NCBI GenBank assembly: GCA_016217965.1
Contig: JACRFI010000016.1
Coordinates: forward strand, 1,837-65,836
DNA length: 64,000 nucleotides
Reading direction: 5' to 3'
From: Candidatus Kaiserbacteria bacterium
GTDB taxonomy: Bacteria > Patescibacteriota > Minisyncoccia > Phycocordibacterales > UBA2100
Position 1 is the first letter of the stretch, and each line of letters opens with the position of its first letter. The translations under genes and the position numbers were made by a program. The notes under the pieces were generated by a model that had not been told where the DNA came from, did not search any database, and saw nothing but the letters and a program-made list of their open reading frames with translations. Below, piece by piece: positions 20,070 to 29,378 of this stretch.

Positions 20070-21677
20070 ATGGCTAAAAAGACGATCGCGGGCCTCATAA
20101 TCGGCTCGGCTGTGTTTTTCTCCTTCGGCATCAGTGTTTTGCCGGCGTCCGCTCTTACAATCGACGAGGTCCAGTCCCAGATACAATCGCTTTTGCAGCA
20201 GATATCGAGCCTTACCAATATCCTCAATTCTCTCAAAGGGCAGACCAACGCATCTATACAATCATCGGTGAATTCAGCTATCTCGATAGCCCCATCACAG
20301 CATCGAATCTGCAATGTTCTCGCAAGAAATCTTGCGCAGGGCACACAGGGCGATGATGTGATGAGTCTGCAAGAGTTTCTAAAAGCAGAAGGATATCTCT
20401 CCGCAAATGCGACTGGCTATTTTGGTCCAATGACAGCACAAGCTGTTGCAAAGTGGCAGGCGAAAGAAGGAGTATCCGCGGTCGGGCATTTTGGCCCGAT
20501 GTCACGCGAGCGCATCAAAATTTGGTGTGGAGGCGGAGGATGGGGTAACCAAGAGCGATTCTCGGCATCTCCCGCGCGCGGCTCGGCGCCACTAACGGTG
20601 GTTTTCGACACGTGGCTATCGGGTTTCAGGGTGCAGAGCATCTACTACACCATCGATTTTGGTGATGGAACGAGCGAAAGAGCTGCTGACTGCTATGCGC
20701 CGGCAGATGCGTGTTTGTCTCCTGGACAGAATAAGCATACGTACTCGCAAAATGGAACGTATACGGCGACCTTGAACAAGATCAGCGATCCATGCCAGGG
20801 AAATCCGGCATGCATGGCGCCGATATCTTCAGAAGTTGTCGCAAAACAGCAGATACATGTGGGGCAAACGGCATGTACAAAAGAATATGTACCGATGTGT
20901 GGCTCCAAACAGATCTACTGCATCACGACACCGTGCAATCCTATCCAGCAAACGTACAGCAATCGCTGCATGATGGAGGCAGATGGTGCATCGTTCTTGC
21001 ATGACGGCCAGTGCCGATCAGATTGGGAGGACCCCGCAAACGACCCGCGGTGCAAGGCTTGGTATGATGGGTGCAATAGTTGTTCGCGTTCTGCACCCGG
21101 ACAGCCTGCGATGTGTACGCTCCGTGCATGTATGTCCGACATGATGGCGAAACCATACTGCACTGCGTACTTCGACGGCACTACAAACAAACCGCCAACG
21201 ATCTCTGGCTTTTCGGGGCCTACGACGCTCAGAGTAAATGAAGCAGGCACATGGACGATCAATGCATCGGACCCAGAAAACGGGCAGCTGAGCTACCAAG
21301 TGTGGTGGGGAGATGAAGGCTACGCGCCGATGGCGAACATGGCTTCGTATGCGCGTGAGTTCACACAGACTACGACGTTCACGCATGCGTATGTAAACTC
21401 GGGTACCTACACCGTGTCGATCATTGTGCGCGACTCATCTGGACAGGAAGCGAAAACTTCCGCGACGGTGAACGTGAACACCGATGTCGCATGCATCGCG
21501 ATATACGATCCAGTCTGCGGCAGGCCCACAGGATGCGCAAACACGTGTCCTCCTGGGCAGTACTGCACTATGATCTGCCAACTGAAACGTCCGGAAACGT
21601 ATTCAAACCGCTGCGCGCTCAATGCAGCAGGAGCAGAATTTCTCTACAACGGCAACTGTGCGAGCACGACGTACTAG
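20070..21677 (+). CDS. secreted peptidoglycan-binding protein with PKD and Kazal-like Cys-rich domains
   Basis: Signal peptide; LAQGTQGDDVMSLQEFL...GYFGPMTAQAVAKWQ (PG_binding_1); IDFGDG/HTYSQNGTYT (PKD); CTKEYVPMCG...TYSNRC and CIAIYDPVCG...TYSNRC (Kazal-like). Confidence 0.8.
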   Translation: MAKKTIAGLIIGSAVFFSFGISVLPASALTIDEVQSQIQSLLQQISSLTNILNSLKGQTNASIQSSVNSAISIAPSQHRICNVLARNLAQGTQGDDVMSLQEFLKAEGYLSANATGYFGPMTAQAVAKWQAKEGVSAVGHFGPMSRERIKIWCGGGGWGNQERFSASPARGSAPLTVVFDTWLSGFRVQSIYYTIDFGDGTSERAADCYAPADACLSPGQNKHTYSQNGTYTATLNKISDPCQGNPACMAPISSEVVAKQQIHVGQTACTKEYVPMCGSKQIYCITTPCNPIQQTYSNRCMMEADGASFLHDGQCRSDWEDPANDPRCKAWYDGCNSCSRSAPGQPAMCTLRACMSDMMAKPYCTAYFDGTTNKPPTISGFSGPTTLRVNEAGTWTINASDPENGQLSYQVWWGDEGYAPMANMASYAREFTQTTTFTHAYVNSGTYTVSIIVRDSSGQEAKTSATVNVNTDVACIAIYDPVCGRPTGCANTCPPGQYCTMICQLKRPETYSNRCALNAAGAEFLYNGNCASTTY

Positions 21678-22081
21678 ATAACGCCCCGGATCTTTTCGGC
21701 GATTTTTGCAGCTTCTCCCGCACCGTATGGCTTTCCTTTCCATAGCTCATGCCCGTCGTTCTGGAAGCGAGGCATGATGTGAACGTGCGCGTGAAAAACA
21801 ACTTGCCCTGCTCCGCTTTTATTGTTCATACCAAGATTTATTCCCGTTGGTTGGAGTGCTTTTTCTACTGCTAGCGAAATTTTCTTGACTGCCCCCATTA
21901 CGGCATTCCACTCCTCTTCGTCTATCTCGAACACATCGACAGCGTGTTTTTTGGGCACTACCAGCGTGTGTCCCGGATTTACGGGATTGATATCGAGAAA
22001 CGCAAACGTCTTTTCATCCTCGTATATCTTATTTGTGGGCAATTCTCCGCGAATTATTTTGCAAAAAAGGCAATCAGGCAT
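21674..22081 (-). CDS. HIT family nucleotide hydrolase
   Basis: DCLFCKII, FLDINPVNPGHTLVVPK, AGQVVFHAHVHIMPR. Confidence 0.93.
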   Translation of the reverse strand: MPDCLFCKIIRGELPTNKIYEDEKTFAFLDINPVNPGHTLVVPKKHAVDVFEIDEEEWNAVMGAVKKISLAVEKALQPTGINLGMNNKSGAGQVVFHAHVHIMPRFQNDGHELWKGKPYGAGEAAKIAEKIRGVI

Positions 22082-22110
22082 GGAACTCAGTATAGGATAC
22101 AATGGTCGGA

Positions 22111-23790
22111 ATGGAAGTTTCAGATTTGGTGCGCACGTTGCTTGGGAAACGAGGCATCATCGAGAAAGATACCGTCGATAGATTTTTGGTCCCGGATTTT
22201 TTACGGGACACGCACGATCCGTTCCTGTTAGAAGGAATGGAACGTGCGGTTGCCAGGATTTTCGCGGTGATGGCTCAGAATGAACGCATCGCGATATACG
22301 CCGACTTCGATTGTGACGGAATTCCGGGTGCGGCACTTTTGTCGGATTTTTTTAGGAAAATTGGTTACGAGAATGTTCAAGTCTATATTCCGCATCGGGA
22401 TAGAGAAGGGTATGGATTCCACATTGCCGCGATAGAAAAACTGAAGCAGCAAGGTGTGTCTCTTATCATCACCATAGACGTTGGCACGACTGCGATTGAG
22501 GCTGTAAAACGAGCGAAAGAACTTGGTATCGATGTCATTGTCACCGACCATCATGAATTGAAAGACATTCTTCCTGACGCGGTTGCCGTAATTAACCCTA
22601 AGAACGGTACATATCCCTTTAAAGATCTCTGTGGAGCGGCAGTTGCATGGAAATTAGCATGTGCGCTCCTTGTTGAAGGCCGGAAGCGGGGCGATGCGCG
22701 ATTCACTTCAATTCCGGAGGGATGGGAAAAATGGCTTTTGGATATGGTTGCGATTGCGACCGTTGCAGATCTCGTGCCTCTCGTCGGGGAAAATAGGACT
22801 CTCGCGCACTACGGGCTTAAGGTTCTTCGTAAATCTCCGCGGCTTGGCATAAAGGCGCTCTGTGCGCGTGCACGAGTGCGGCAATTCGAAATTACGGAAG
22901 ACGATATCGCTTTTTCTTTTGCGCCGCGCATCAATGCGGCATCCCGCATGGATGAGCCGGAAGCTGCTTTCAGGTTGTTGACGACGACTGATGGTGACGA
23001 GGCCGAAAAATGCGCGGCGCATCTTGAAAGTTTAAATACGAAACGTCGAGGCGTCGTGGGAGCGGTTGTTCGGGAGGCAAGAAATCGCATCAAGGCACGT
23101 TTTTCGACAGGTGAAAAAGTCATCGTGCTTGGAGATACTGCGTGGAAACCGGCGCTCATGGGACTCGCGGCGAATTCCATCATGGGAGAACGTGGCGGGG
23201 TCGTCTGTATGTGGGGCAGGGACGCAAATGGGCGTCTAAAAGGTTCATGTCGTTCCGACGGCAGCCTATCTGTTGTCGAACTGTTCACGCGCGCCAGTGT
23301 TTCATTTGAGGAATTCGGCGGGCACCATGCATCCGGTGGATTTTCCGTCTCGCATGAATCGGTACACACGCTACACGAATCCCTATCGCGCGCAGCCGGA
23401 GATTTACCGCCCGCAAACGACATCGAAAAGAGGGATCCAGATGCAGAACTCTCCCTCTCGCGCGTAACGAACGTACTCCTCAAAGAACTTTCACAGATGG
23501 CGCCATTCGGGATCGGGAATCCGAAACCGCTTTTTCGTGTCCGAAACACGCGCATTACATTTGCACGCCAATTTGGGAAAGATATGAATCACACCGAAGT
23601 GACATTGGTATGTCCCGATTCTGGCGCGCAGTGCCGCGGATTCCAATTTTTCAAAACCCCAATGGATTTTACTGTTGCACCGTCTCCCGACACACTTGTC
23701 GACGTCTTGGCAACTGTGGAAAGAGACACATTTCGGGGGCCGGATCGCCTAGCGCTCAGGCTCTCTGATATTGTTGCGCCTCTGCAATAG
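22111..23790 (+). CDS. recJ: single-stranded DNA exonuclease RecJ (alternative start 22102)
   Basis: YADFDCDG, IPHRDREGYG, TDHH, PRINAASRM, GSCRS, GGHHASGG, PFGIGNPKP. Confidence 0.93.
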   Translation: MEVSDLVRTLLGKRGIIEKDTVDRFLVPDFLRDTHDPFLLEGMERAVARIFAVMAQNERIAIYADFDCDGIPGAALLSDFFRKIGYENVQVYIPHRDREGYGFHIAAIEKLKQQGVSLIITIDVGTTAIEAVKRAKELGIDVIVTDHHELKDILPDAVAVINPKNGTYPFKDLCGAAVAWKLACALLVEGRKRGDARFTSIPEGWEKWLLDMVAIATVADLVPLVGENRTLAHYGLKVLRKSPRLGIKALCARARVRQFEITEDDIAFSFAPRINAASRMDEPEAAFRLLTTTDGDEAEKCAAHLESLNTKRRGVVGAVVREARNRIKARFSTGEKVIVLGDTAWKPALMGLAANSIMGERGGVVCMWGRDANGRLKGSCRSDGSLSVVELFTRASVSFEEFGGHHASGGFSVSHESVHTLHESLSRAAGDLPPANDIEKRDPDAELSLSRVTNVLLKELSQMAPFGIGNPKPLFRVRNTRITFARQFGKDMNHTEVTLVCPDSGAQCRGFQFFKTPMDFTVAPSPDTLVDVLATVERDTFRGPDRLALRLSDIVAPLQ

Positions 23791-23807
23791 GTTGTTACAC
23801 TTGCGCC

Positions 23808-24455
23808 ATGAATACCTTTTCAGTAGGTGAGGCGATCAGGTTCGGGTGGGAATTATTCAAGAAACGTCCCTGGCTCGTGATCGGTGCATTTGTGCTGACT
23901 GGAATGCTTAGTGTCAGTATCCAGTTCACTTTTGGCCCAGAAGAAGGAGCTCCCGTGAATATCCCCGCTATGGTCCTCATTGGCATTTTGTCGGTTGTCG
24001 TGGGCACGCTCGCAGAGATAGGCATGATCACCTTTTCGCTTCGAGCGCATGATGCTATCGATACAGTCGGGATCAGAGACATCTGGAACCCGAAACTGTT
24101 CCTTCCGTATGTATTCGGCAGGATTCTGGTGGGAATCGTCGTCATCGTCGGACTCATCCTTTTAATTGTACCGGGCGTGATCTTGTCATTCGGTTTCATG
24201 TTTACTTCCTACCTGATTGTCGATAAAGGTCTCGGGCCTGTTGCGGCGATGAAGGAGAGTTGGCGTATCACGAAAGGTCATAAGTGGCAGCTTGCTTTGC
24301 TTGGTCTTGCATTTGCAGGATTAAACATTCTCGGACTGCTAGCCTTGGTAGTCGGACTCCTCGTCACGATACCCGTTACTTTGCTTGCGGCTGTGCACGT
24401 GTATCGAACTCTCGAGCACAAAGCGAGCGAAATGGTTTCCTCAACGGGCGTATAA
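23808..24455 (+). CDS. integral membrane protein (DUF975-like)
   Basis: Multiple TM helices; LLIVPGV...AMKESWRITKGHKW. Confidence 0.75.
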   Translation: MNTFSVGEAIRFGWELFKKRPWLVIGAFVLTGMLSVSIQFTFGPEEGAPVNIPAMVLIGILSVVVGTLAEIGMITFSLRAHDAIDTVGIRDIWNPKLFLPYVFGRILVGIVVIVGLILLIVPGVILSFGFMFTSYLIVDKGLGPVAAMKESWRITKGHKWQLALLGLAFAGLNILGLLALVVGLLVTIPVTLLAAVHVYRTLEHKASEMVSSTGV

Positions 24456-24464
24456 ATTCGTGAT

Positions 24465-24527
24465 ATGTCGGTAGTCATTTACACCGACGGCGGAGCGCGC
24501 GGCAACCCTGAGCCGTCGTCGCAATGA
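24465..24527 (+). pseudogene. truncated 5' remnant of RNase HI (MSVVIYTDGGARGNPEPSSQ*)
   Basis: Encodes the same IYTDGGARGNP motif as the intact gene 178 bp downstream, with different codons. Confidence 0.8.
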
Positions 24528-24538
24528 ACTGCTCCTCC

Positions 24539-24601
24539 TTGAGAACCCTCGGTTCTCAACGGCTTCGCCTGCTCTCCGACACGGGGAACTCCCGTTCCCC
24601 G
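24539..24601. repeat. two adjacent hairpins between the rnhA remnant and intact rnhA
   Basis: TTGAGAACC-CTC-GGTTCTCAA (24539-24559) and CGGGGAAC-TCCC-GTTCCCCG (24582-24601). Confidence 0.6.
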
Positions 24602-24642
24602 ACCCTCTTCCCCGACCCCGGATTACCTGTAGACTGTTTCTG

Positions 24643-25077
24643 ATGTCAGCGACACAAAACATAATTATTTATACAGATGGAGGAGCAAGAGGTAATCCGG
24701 GACCGGCAGGTGCTGGGATTGTTGCTTATAATGACGAGAAGAAGATTTTTGAATTAAAGAAATATCTTGGCGATAACCGGACAAATAATTGGGCGGAATA
24801 CGAAGCGCTTATTCTTGCGCTAACTGAGGCAAAGAAGAAGGGTCTGGGAGGAAAAGAACTTGAAATTCGCATGGACAGCGAACTTATTGTGCGGCAGATG
24901 ACGAATGAATATCAAGTAAAAGAAGAAACTCTCTGGCCGCAGTACATGAAAGCGCACAATCTTCTTGTTGCCCATTTTCCGAATGTGAAGTTCGTTCACG
25001 TCCGTCGTGAAGAAAACAAAGAGGCAGACAAGTTGGTAAACGAGGCTATAGACACAATGTTACAGGTCACTGATTAA
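24643..25077 (+). CDS. rnhA: ribonuclease HI
   Basis: YTDGGARGNPGPAGAG, TNNWAEYEAL, MDSELIVRQM, HVRREENKEADKLVNEAID. Confidence 0.93.
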   Translation: MSATQNIIIYTDGGARGNPGPAGAGIVAYNDEKKIFELKKYLGDNRTNNWAEYEALILALTEAKKKGLGGKELEIRMDSELIVRQMTNEYQVKEETLWPQYMKAHNLLVAHFPNVKFVHVRREENKEADKLVNEAIDTMLQVTD

Positions 25078-25833
25078 ACTCTTTAGTCTAGATTTCTGCT
25101 CCAGATCGAGTCTCGCAATGACAGCTCGCAGATATTCTTCTGAGAGCCGCACGCGAAAACCTTTTCTCATCTCGTACAGACCTTTTGCTACGTCGCTTAT
25201 TTTTACACCGGAAGATAAGGCCGATTGTTGTGTATCTATCTGAAGCGCAATTTGTTCCAGCACCTCGAATTTCCTGTGAGGGTTAGATGGGAGCAAAATA
25301 CCGATTTCCGACACACTCGACACAGTGTCAGCGGGGTCTCTCTCGATATTCTTTTTTCTGAAATCTCTTTTTTGCTTTCCGACCACGGTAACGCCAAATG
25401 CTTCTACAAGGCCTGGATATCGTTGATATAAATACTGGTAGATGGCCCCGGGCTTTTTCTCGATTCGAGTAGCATATTCAGTATAGGTTATAGTTTTTTC
25501 TTGCGTCTGCGCAGTCTCCCAAAGTGGTGTGCGGTAAATTTTGTAAATGGTAACGATGAGTTCAAATTTTTTTACGTGTTCTTCGAGCAAGTGGAGCAAA
25601 TCAGTGGCGTTGCTCATTGTGCAGACGGCTTCGAGTATGTCGAATGCGCGAGTTCCATCTCTCAGCTCTTCGGAGATAGCTTCTAGAGACACCCTCTCCC
25701 CCCTTCCTTCTAGGTTTGTGATGGCACCTTCGCACTTTTCATATGAGACCTCCCTGAAACCAGGCATTGTTATGTCTCGGTTGATATTCTCGTCTGGCGC
25801 GAGCGCAGGTTTGGGGTCCCAGATCTCTTTCAT
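25060..25833 (-). CDS. hypothetical protein (AT-rich orphan, possibly HTH-containing)
   Basis: 257-aa ORF; TATACT 7 nt before ATG. Confidence 0.55.
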   Translation of the reverse strand: MKEIWDPKPALAPDENINRDITMPGFREVSYEKCEGAITNLEGRGERVSLEAISEELRDGTRAFDILEAVCTMSNATDLLHLLEEHVKKFELIVTIYKIYRTPLWETAQTQEKTITYTEYATRIEKKPGAIYQYLYQRYPGLVEAFGVTVVGKQKRDFRKKNIERDPADTVSSVSEIGILLPSNPHRKFEVLEQIALQIDTQQSALSSGVKISDVAKGLYEMRKGFRVRLSEEYLRAVIARLDLEQKSRLKSLISDL

Positions 25834-25917
25834 GTTGCTCAGTATATCGCAAGACGCATGCTACACTTTTTGCATTATGAGTAATGCTACTTGCTAACAG
25901 CTACAAGCTATTTGCGT

Positions 25918-26352
25918 ATGGAAATTCCAATTAACTATCTTGCCGTACTGGCAGCGGCGATATCAAACATGGTCCTTGGTTTTTTGTGGTATGGGCCTCT
26001 TTTCGGGAAAATGTGGTCTCAGCTCATGGGTTGGGGCGAGATGACGCCTGAAAAAATGGCGGAAATGCAGAAAAAGGCACGATCCGCCTATGCAGCGAGC
26101 TTCGTAGGAGCGCTTGTTATGAGTTACGTTCTGGCACACGCCATCATTTTTGGGACGACGTACACGCAGATGTTTGGTGTACTCGGAGGAATGACCGGGG
26201 CATTTTGGTACTGGCTTGGATTCGTTGCTCCCGTCACCGTCGGCTCTGTTCTGTGGGATGGGAAGCCGTGGAAATTGTGGTTCATAAATGCCGGCTATTA
26301 CCTAGCAGCAATGCTAGTGATGGGCGCTATTTTGGGAGGTTGGACGGCATAG
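25918..26352 (+). CDS. DUF1761-like membrane protein
   Basis: INYLAVLAAAISNMVLGFLWYGPLFGKMW...LWFINAGY. Confidence 0.8.
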   Translation: MEIPINYLAVLAAAISNMVLGFLWYGPLFGKMWSQLMGWGEMTPEKMAEMQKKARSAYAASFVGALVMSYVLAHAIIFGTTYTQMFGVLGGMTGAFWYWLGFVAPVTVGSVLWDGKPWKLWFINAGYYLAAMLVMGAILGGWTA

Positions 26353-26353
26353 T

Positions 26354-26737
26354 ATGGCCGACGAAGAGATAAAAATTGTTCCTGATGAGCCGCGTCGAGG
26401 ATGGCGCGAGCGGGGACAAACCATTTTTGCCGCTCCGAGAAGCGGGCTTGTTGGATTTGCAGATTTTATACGCGAGCGCGGTGTGATGGGACTTGCGATA
26501 GGATTTGTCTTGGGTACCTCGGTGCAGAAAGTGGTGACGGCATTCGTGAACGACATTGTGACACCATTCATAAATATTTTCTTGGGGCGCACTGACGGGT
26601 TTGCAAAATTCACTGTGGGACCCTTCGCGATAGGGGATTTTTTGTCGGTGACTATCGATTTCCTCATCCTCCTTGCGATAATCTACTTTGTTTTTAAAGG
26701 CCTTGGTTTAGATCGGTTGGATAAGCAGAAGGAATGA
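26354..26737 (+). CDS. mscL: large-conductance mechanosensitive channel family protein
   Basis: FADFIRERGVMGLAIGFVLG...VNDIVTP...IGDFLSVTIDFLILLAIIYF. Confidence 0.85.
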   Translation: MADEEIKIVPDEPRRGWRERGQTIFAAPRSGLVGFADFIRERGVMGLAIGFVLGTSVQKVVTAFVNDIVTPFINIFLGRTDGFAKFTVGPFAIGDFLSVTIDFLILLAIIYFVFKGLGLDRLDKQKE

Positions 26738-26741
26738 TCTG

Positions 26742-26853
26742 TCCCGTTAGAGGCAGGTCGCGTTTTCGCCGAAATATTGCAAAGAATAAAATGTGGATGT
26801 TCGGTACTATGTCACTTAACTCTGATGACTTGTGACCGCGGCCTCTAACGGGA
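26742..26853. repeat. 13-bp inverted repeat (TCCCGTTAGAGGC / GCCTCTAACGGGA) bracketing the comEC upstream region
   Basis: Perfect IR at 26742-26754 and 26841-26853; same CCCGTTAGA/TCTAA core as the palindrome at 39947-39975. Confidence 0.7.
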
Positions 26854-28352
26854 TGCGTTCGCACTTATTTTGGGTGGCAGTACTTGGATTCTTAGTTGGT
26901 GTTTTTGTTCGTTCGTTTCTTCCGCTTGGTTGGTACGCAGGACTCTTCGTTTTGCTTCTCGCCGGAGCACTTTTTCTCCTTACTATCGCCACGCGCCGCA
27001 CCCCGGCGATTATCCTAGGAGTTGCACTTGCTTCCAGCAGTGTAGGGGTTGTTCGTATGCACGTTTCAACTCTCGTTCTCGCCCCGGAGTTGCATGCGCA
27101 ATTGGAGAAAAAAGTCACTCTGGAGGGATATATATTCGAAGAACCGGACGCACGCGAGAGTAACGCCCGCTTTTCTATCCGGGTCGATACATTGGTAACG
27201 AGAGCAGGAACAACAGCCATTTCTGCAGGAGTTCTCGCCATTGGCCCATTGCATGCGAGTGTCGAATACGGGGATCGCGTACGTGCGGAAGGAGAATTGC
27301 GGCTTCCCGAGAGTTTTGAATCCGGCACAGGGCGTGAATTCAATTACCCCGCATACCTTAAGAAAGATGGTATTGGATACGAGCTTGCGTTTGCCCAGAT
27401 AGAAAAAATCGGCGAAGGTAGACAGAACCCGATTAAAGCCGGTGCGATTTGGATAAAACAAATATATCTCGCGGGTATTGCACTTGCGCTGCCGGAGCCT
27501 CATGCAGGACTTGCTGGCGGTATCACTGCCGGAGACAAGCGTGCGCTCGGAGGAGAACTCACAGATATATTCCGGACCGTCGGGCTTATTCATATCATCG
27601 TTCTTTCCGGCTATAACATCATGGTCGTTATCGGTTTCATTGACCGCATATTCAGTCCACGGCCCGTCGTGTTGAAAGTTTTTGGCGGCGCGCACCGGTG
27701 GGTTCGATTCTCTCTTGGCATTCTAGTCGCTATATTTTTTGCGCTCATAACTGGGCTTGCCGCCGCATCGGTGCGCGCGGCGGCGATGGCAATCATTGCA
27801 ATATTGGGGAAAGCGAGCGGCCGAACGTATCTTGCGCTCCGCGCACTGGCTCTCGTTGCATTCGGAATGGTGTTGTGGAACCCGTGGATACTCGCGTTCG
27901 ATCCTGGCTTTCAACTCTCCATTATCGCAACGTGGGGAATCATCTCTATTTCGCCTCTTATCGCTTCGCGGCTAGGTTTCGTCACGGAAAGACTGGGGCT
28001 CAGAGAGATTGCTGCGACAACAATCGGTACGCAAATTGCCGTACTACCGCTTCTGCTATATCAAAGCGGCACGTTATCCCTCGTTTCGCTGCCTGCGAAC
28101 TTGCTCACGCTCATCGTGGTTCCTTGGGCGATGCTCGCCTCTTTTATTGCAGGGGTTTTTGGAATACTTGCTGGACCGCTTGCGCCTATCGTCGGCTTTC
28201 CCGCATACGTTTTGCTCTCGTACATTCTTTTCGTCGCCGACTTGGCAGCACGCCTGCCGTTCGCGTCAATCTCGGTGGGCATCGTTGGCTTCTGGGTGTT
28301 GGTCCTGTCCTATGCATTGATAGGTGCCGTGTTTGCGAAAAGAGAAAAGTAA
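26853..28352 (+). CDS. comEC: ComEC/Rec2 competence protein, membrane (DUF4131 + Competence) part
   Basis: FNYPAYLKKDG, GLIHIIVLSGYNI, ASVRAAAM, NPWILAFDPGFQLSIIAT, SLPANLL. Confidence 0.9.
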   Translation: MRSHLFWVAVLGFLVGVFVRSFLPLGWYAGLFVLLLAGALFLLTIATRRTPAIILGVALASSSVGVVRMHVSTLVLAPELHAQLEKKVTLEGYIFEEPDARESNARFSIRVDTLVTRAGTTAISAGVLAIGPLHASVEYGDRVRAEGELRLPESFESGTGREFNYPAYLKKDGIGYELAFAQIEKIGEGRQNPIKAGAIWIKQIYLAGIALALPEPHAGLAGGITAGDKRALGGELTDIFRTVGLIHIIVLSGYNIMVVIGFIDRIFSPRPVVLKVFGGAHRWVRFSLGILVAIFFALITGLAAASVRAAAMAIIAILGKASGRTYLALRALALVAFGMVLWNPWILAFDPGFQLSIIATWGIISISPLIASRLGFVTERLGLREIAATTIGTQIAVLPLLLYQSGTLSLVSLPANLLTLIVVPWAMLASFIAGVFGILAGPLAPIVGFPAYVLLSYILFVADLAARLPFASISVGIVGFWVLVLSYALIGAVFAKREK

Positions 28353-28372
28353 CCGTATTGCTGCTGCGCTCC

Positions 28373-28708
28373 CTACCATTTCTTTTTTTGATCAGGATCA
28401 GAGTTCAATAGGTCTTCAAGCATTTCACCAACATCCATTTCTTGAGGCACAGTCGTGAGTTTGTTGATGACGCCAAGTTCCTGGGCTTTTTCAAGAACAG
28501 CTTCGAGTGCGGCAACCTTCGCATCATGTTCAAGAGCCGAATCGAATGTTTGTTGGCCTATGTTGTGCAATGCTTCCACCGCATTTGAATCTTCCTTTGT
28601 GATCTTGCCGAGAGCGGCACTGATCTCTTCGGGGGCCGTCCCCCCAGCGATGTTTTTTCTTTCTACCGATCTTTTTGATGGAGACACGTCTCGATCATCA
28701 AGATTCAT
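28373..28708 (-). CDS. hypothetical protein
   Basis: MNLDDRDV... start overlaps the sod stop; acidic 111-aa ORF. Confidence 0.5.
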   Translation of the reverse strand: MNLDDRDVSPSKRSVERKNIAGGTAPEEISAALGKITKEDSNAVEALHNIGQQTFDSALEHDAKVAALEAVLEKAQELGVINKLTTVPQEMDVGEMLEDLLNSDPDQKKKW

Positions 28709-29292
28709 ATATGTACCGTTGCGAACCTCTTTTCGATCACACCCCAATTCAAATTCTTGAAGAACGCGTCGATGTATTTTCCTTTGCCCGTTGCGCCATA
28801 GTCGAGGATAAATGCGTGTTCCCATACATCCATAGCGAGAATAATAGGGAGCGTAACGAAATGCCCCTGATGTTGCTCGCCCGTGAATCCGGCGAGAAAT
28901 TGCTCCGCCTCGGGATCCCAGTACAGGATAGCCCACCCTGGTCCGCGCATATTTCCTATCGCTTTGAAATACTGCTCGAAGTAACCCATGTATTCTTTCT
29001 GCAATTGCTTGGCGAGCGCACTCTCTGAGCCTAGTCCTTTTGCGCCACCTTCGAATTGCGAGAAATATAATTCGTGCAGGCGCATGCCACCGAATTCAAA
29101 CGAGCGGCGGCGGATCAATTCAGAGAGTGCGTGGGCATTTTTTTCGGTGTCAGCCGCATATTCGATTAGTTTCGCCGATATCGCATTGAAATTTTTTACA
29201 TAGCCTTGGTACAACCCCAGGTGTTCGTCCATCGTCTTTTTCGAGATGCCTTCTGTTTCGGGGAGGTTGAATGTTTTTGCAGTGTAGTCCAT
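28705..29292 (-). CDS. sod: Fe/Mn superoxide dismutase family protein
   Basis: GISKKTMDEH...YVKNFN, LHELYF, GPGWAIL, PIILAMDVWEHAF. Confidence 0.88.
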   Translation of the reverse strand: MDYTAKTFNLPETEGISKKTMDEHLGLYQGYVKNFNAISAKLIEYAADTEKNAHALSELIRRRSFEFGGMRLHELYFSQFEGGAKGLGSESALAKQLQKEYMGYFEQYFKAIGNMRGPGWAILYWDPEAEQFLAGFTGEQHQGHFVTLPIILAMDVWEHAFILDYGATGKGKYIDAFFKNLNWGVIEKRFATVHI

Positions 29293-29378
29293 AAGAAGAT
29301 TCGTATTTGGTATTCAGTATACGGTATGCGGTATGAAATGCGAAGGAAGACCGAGCAATAGAGCAGTATAATTTCCAA

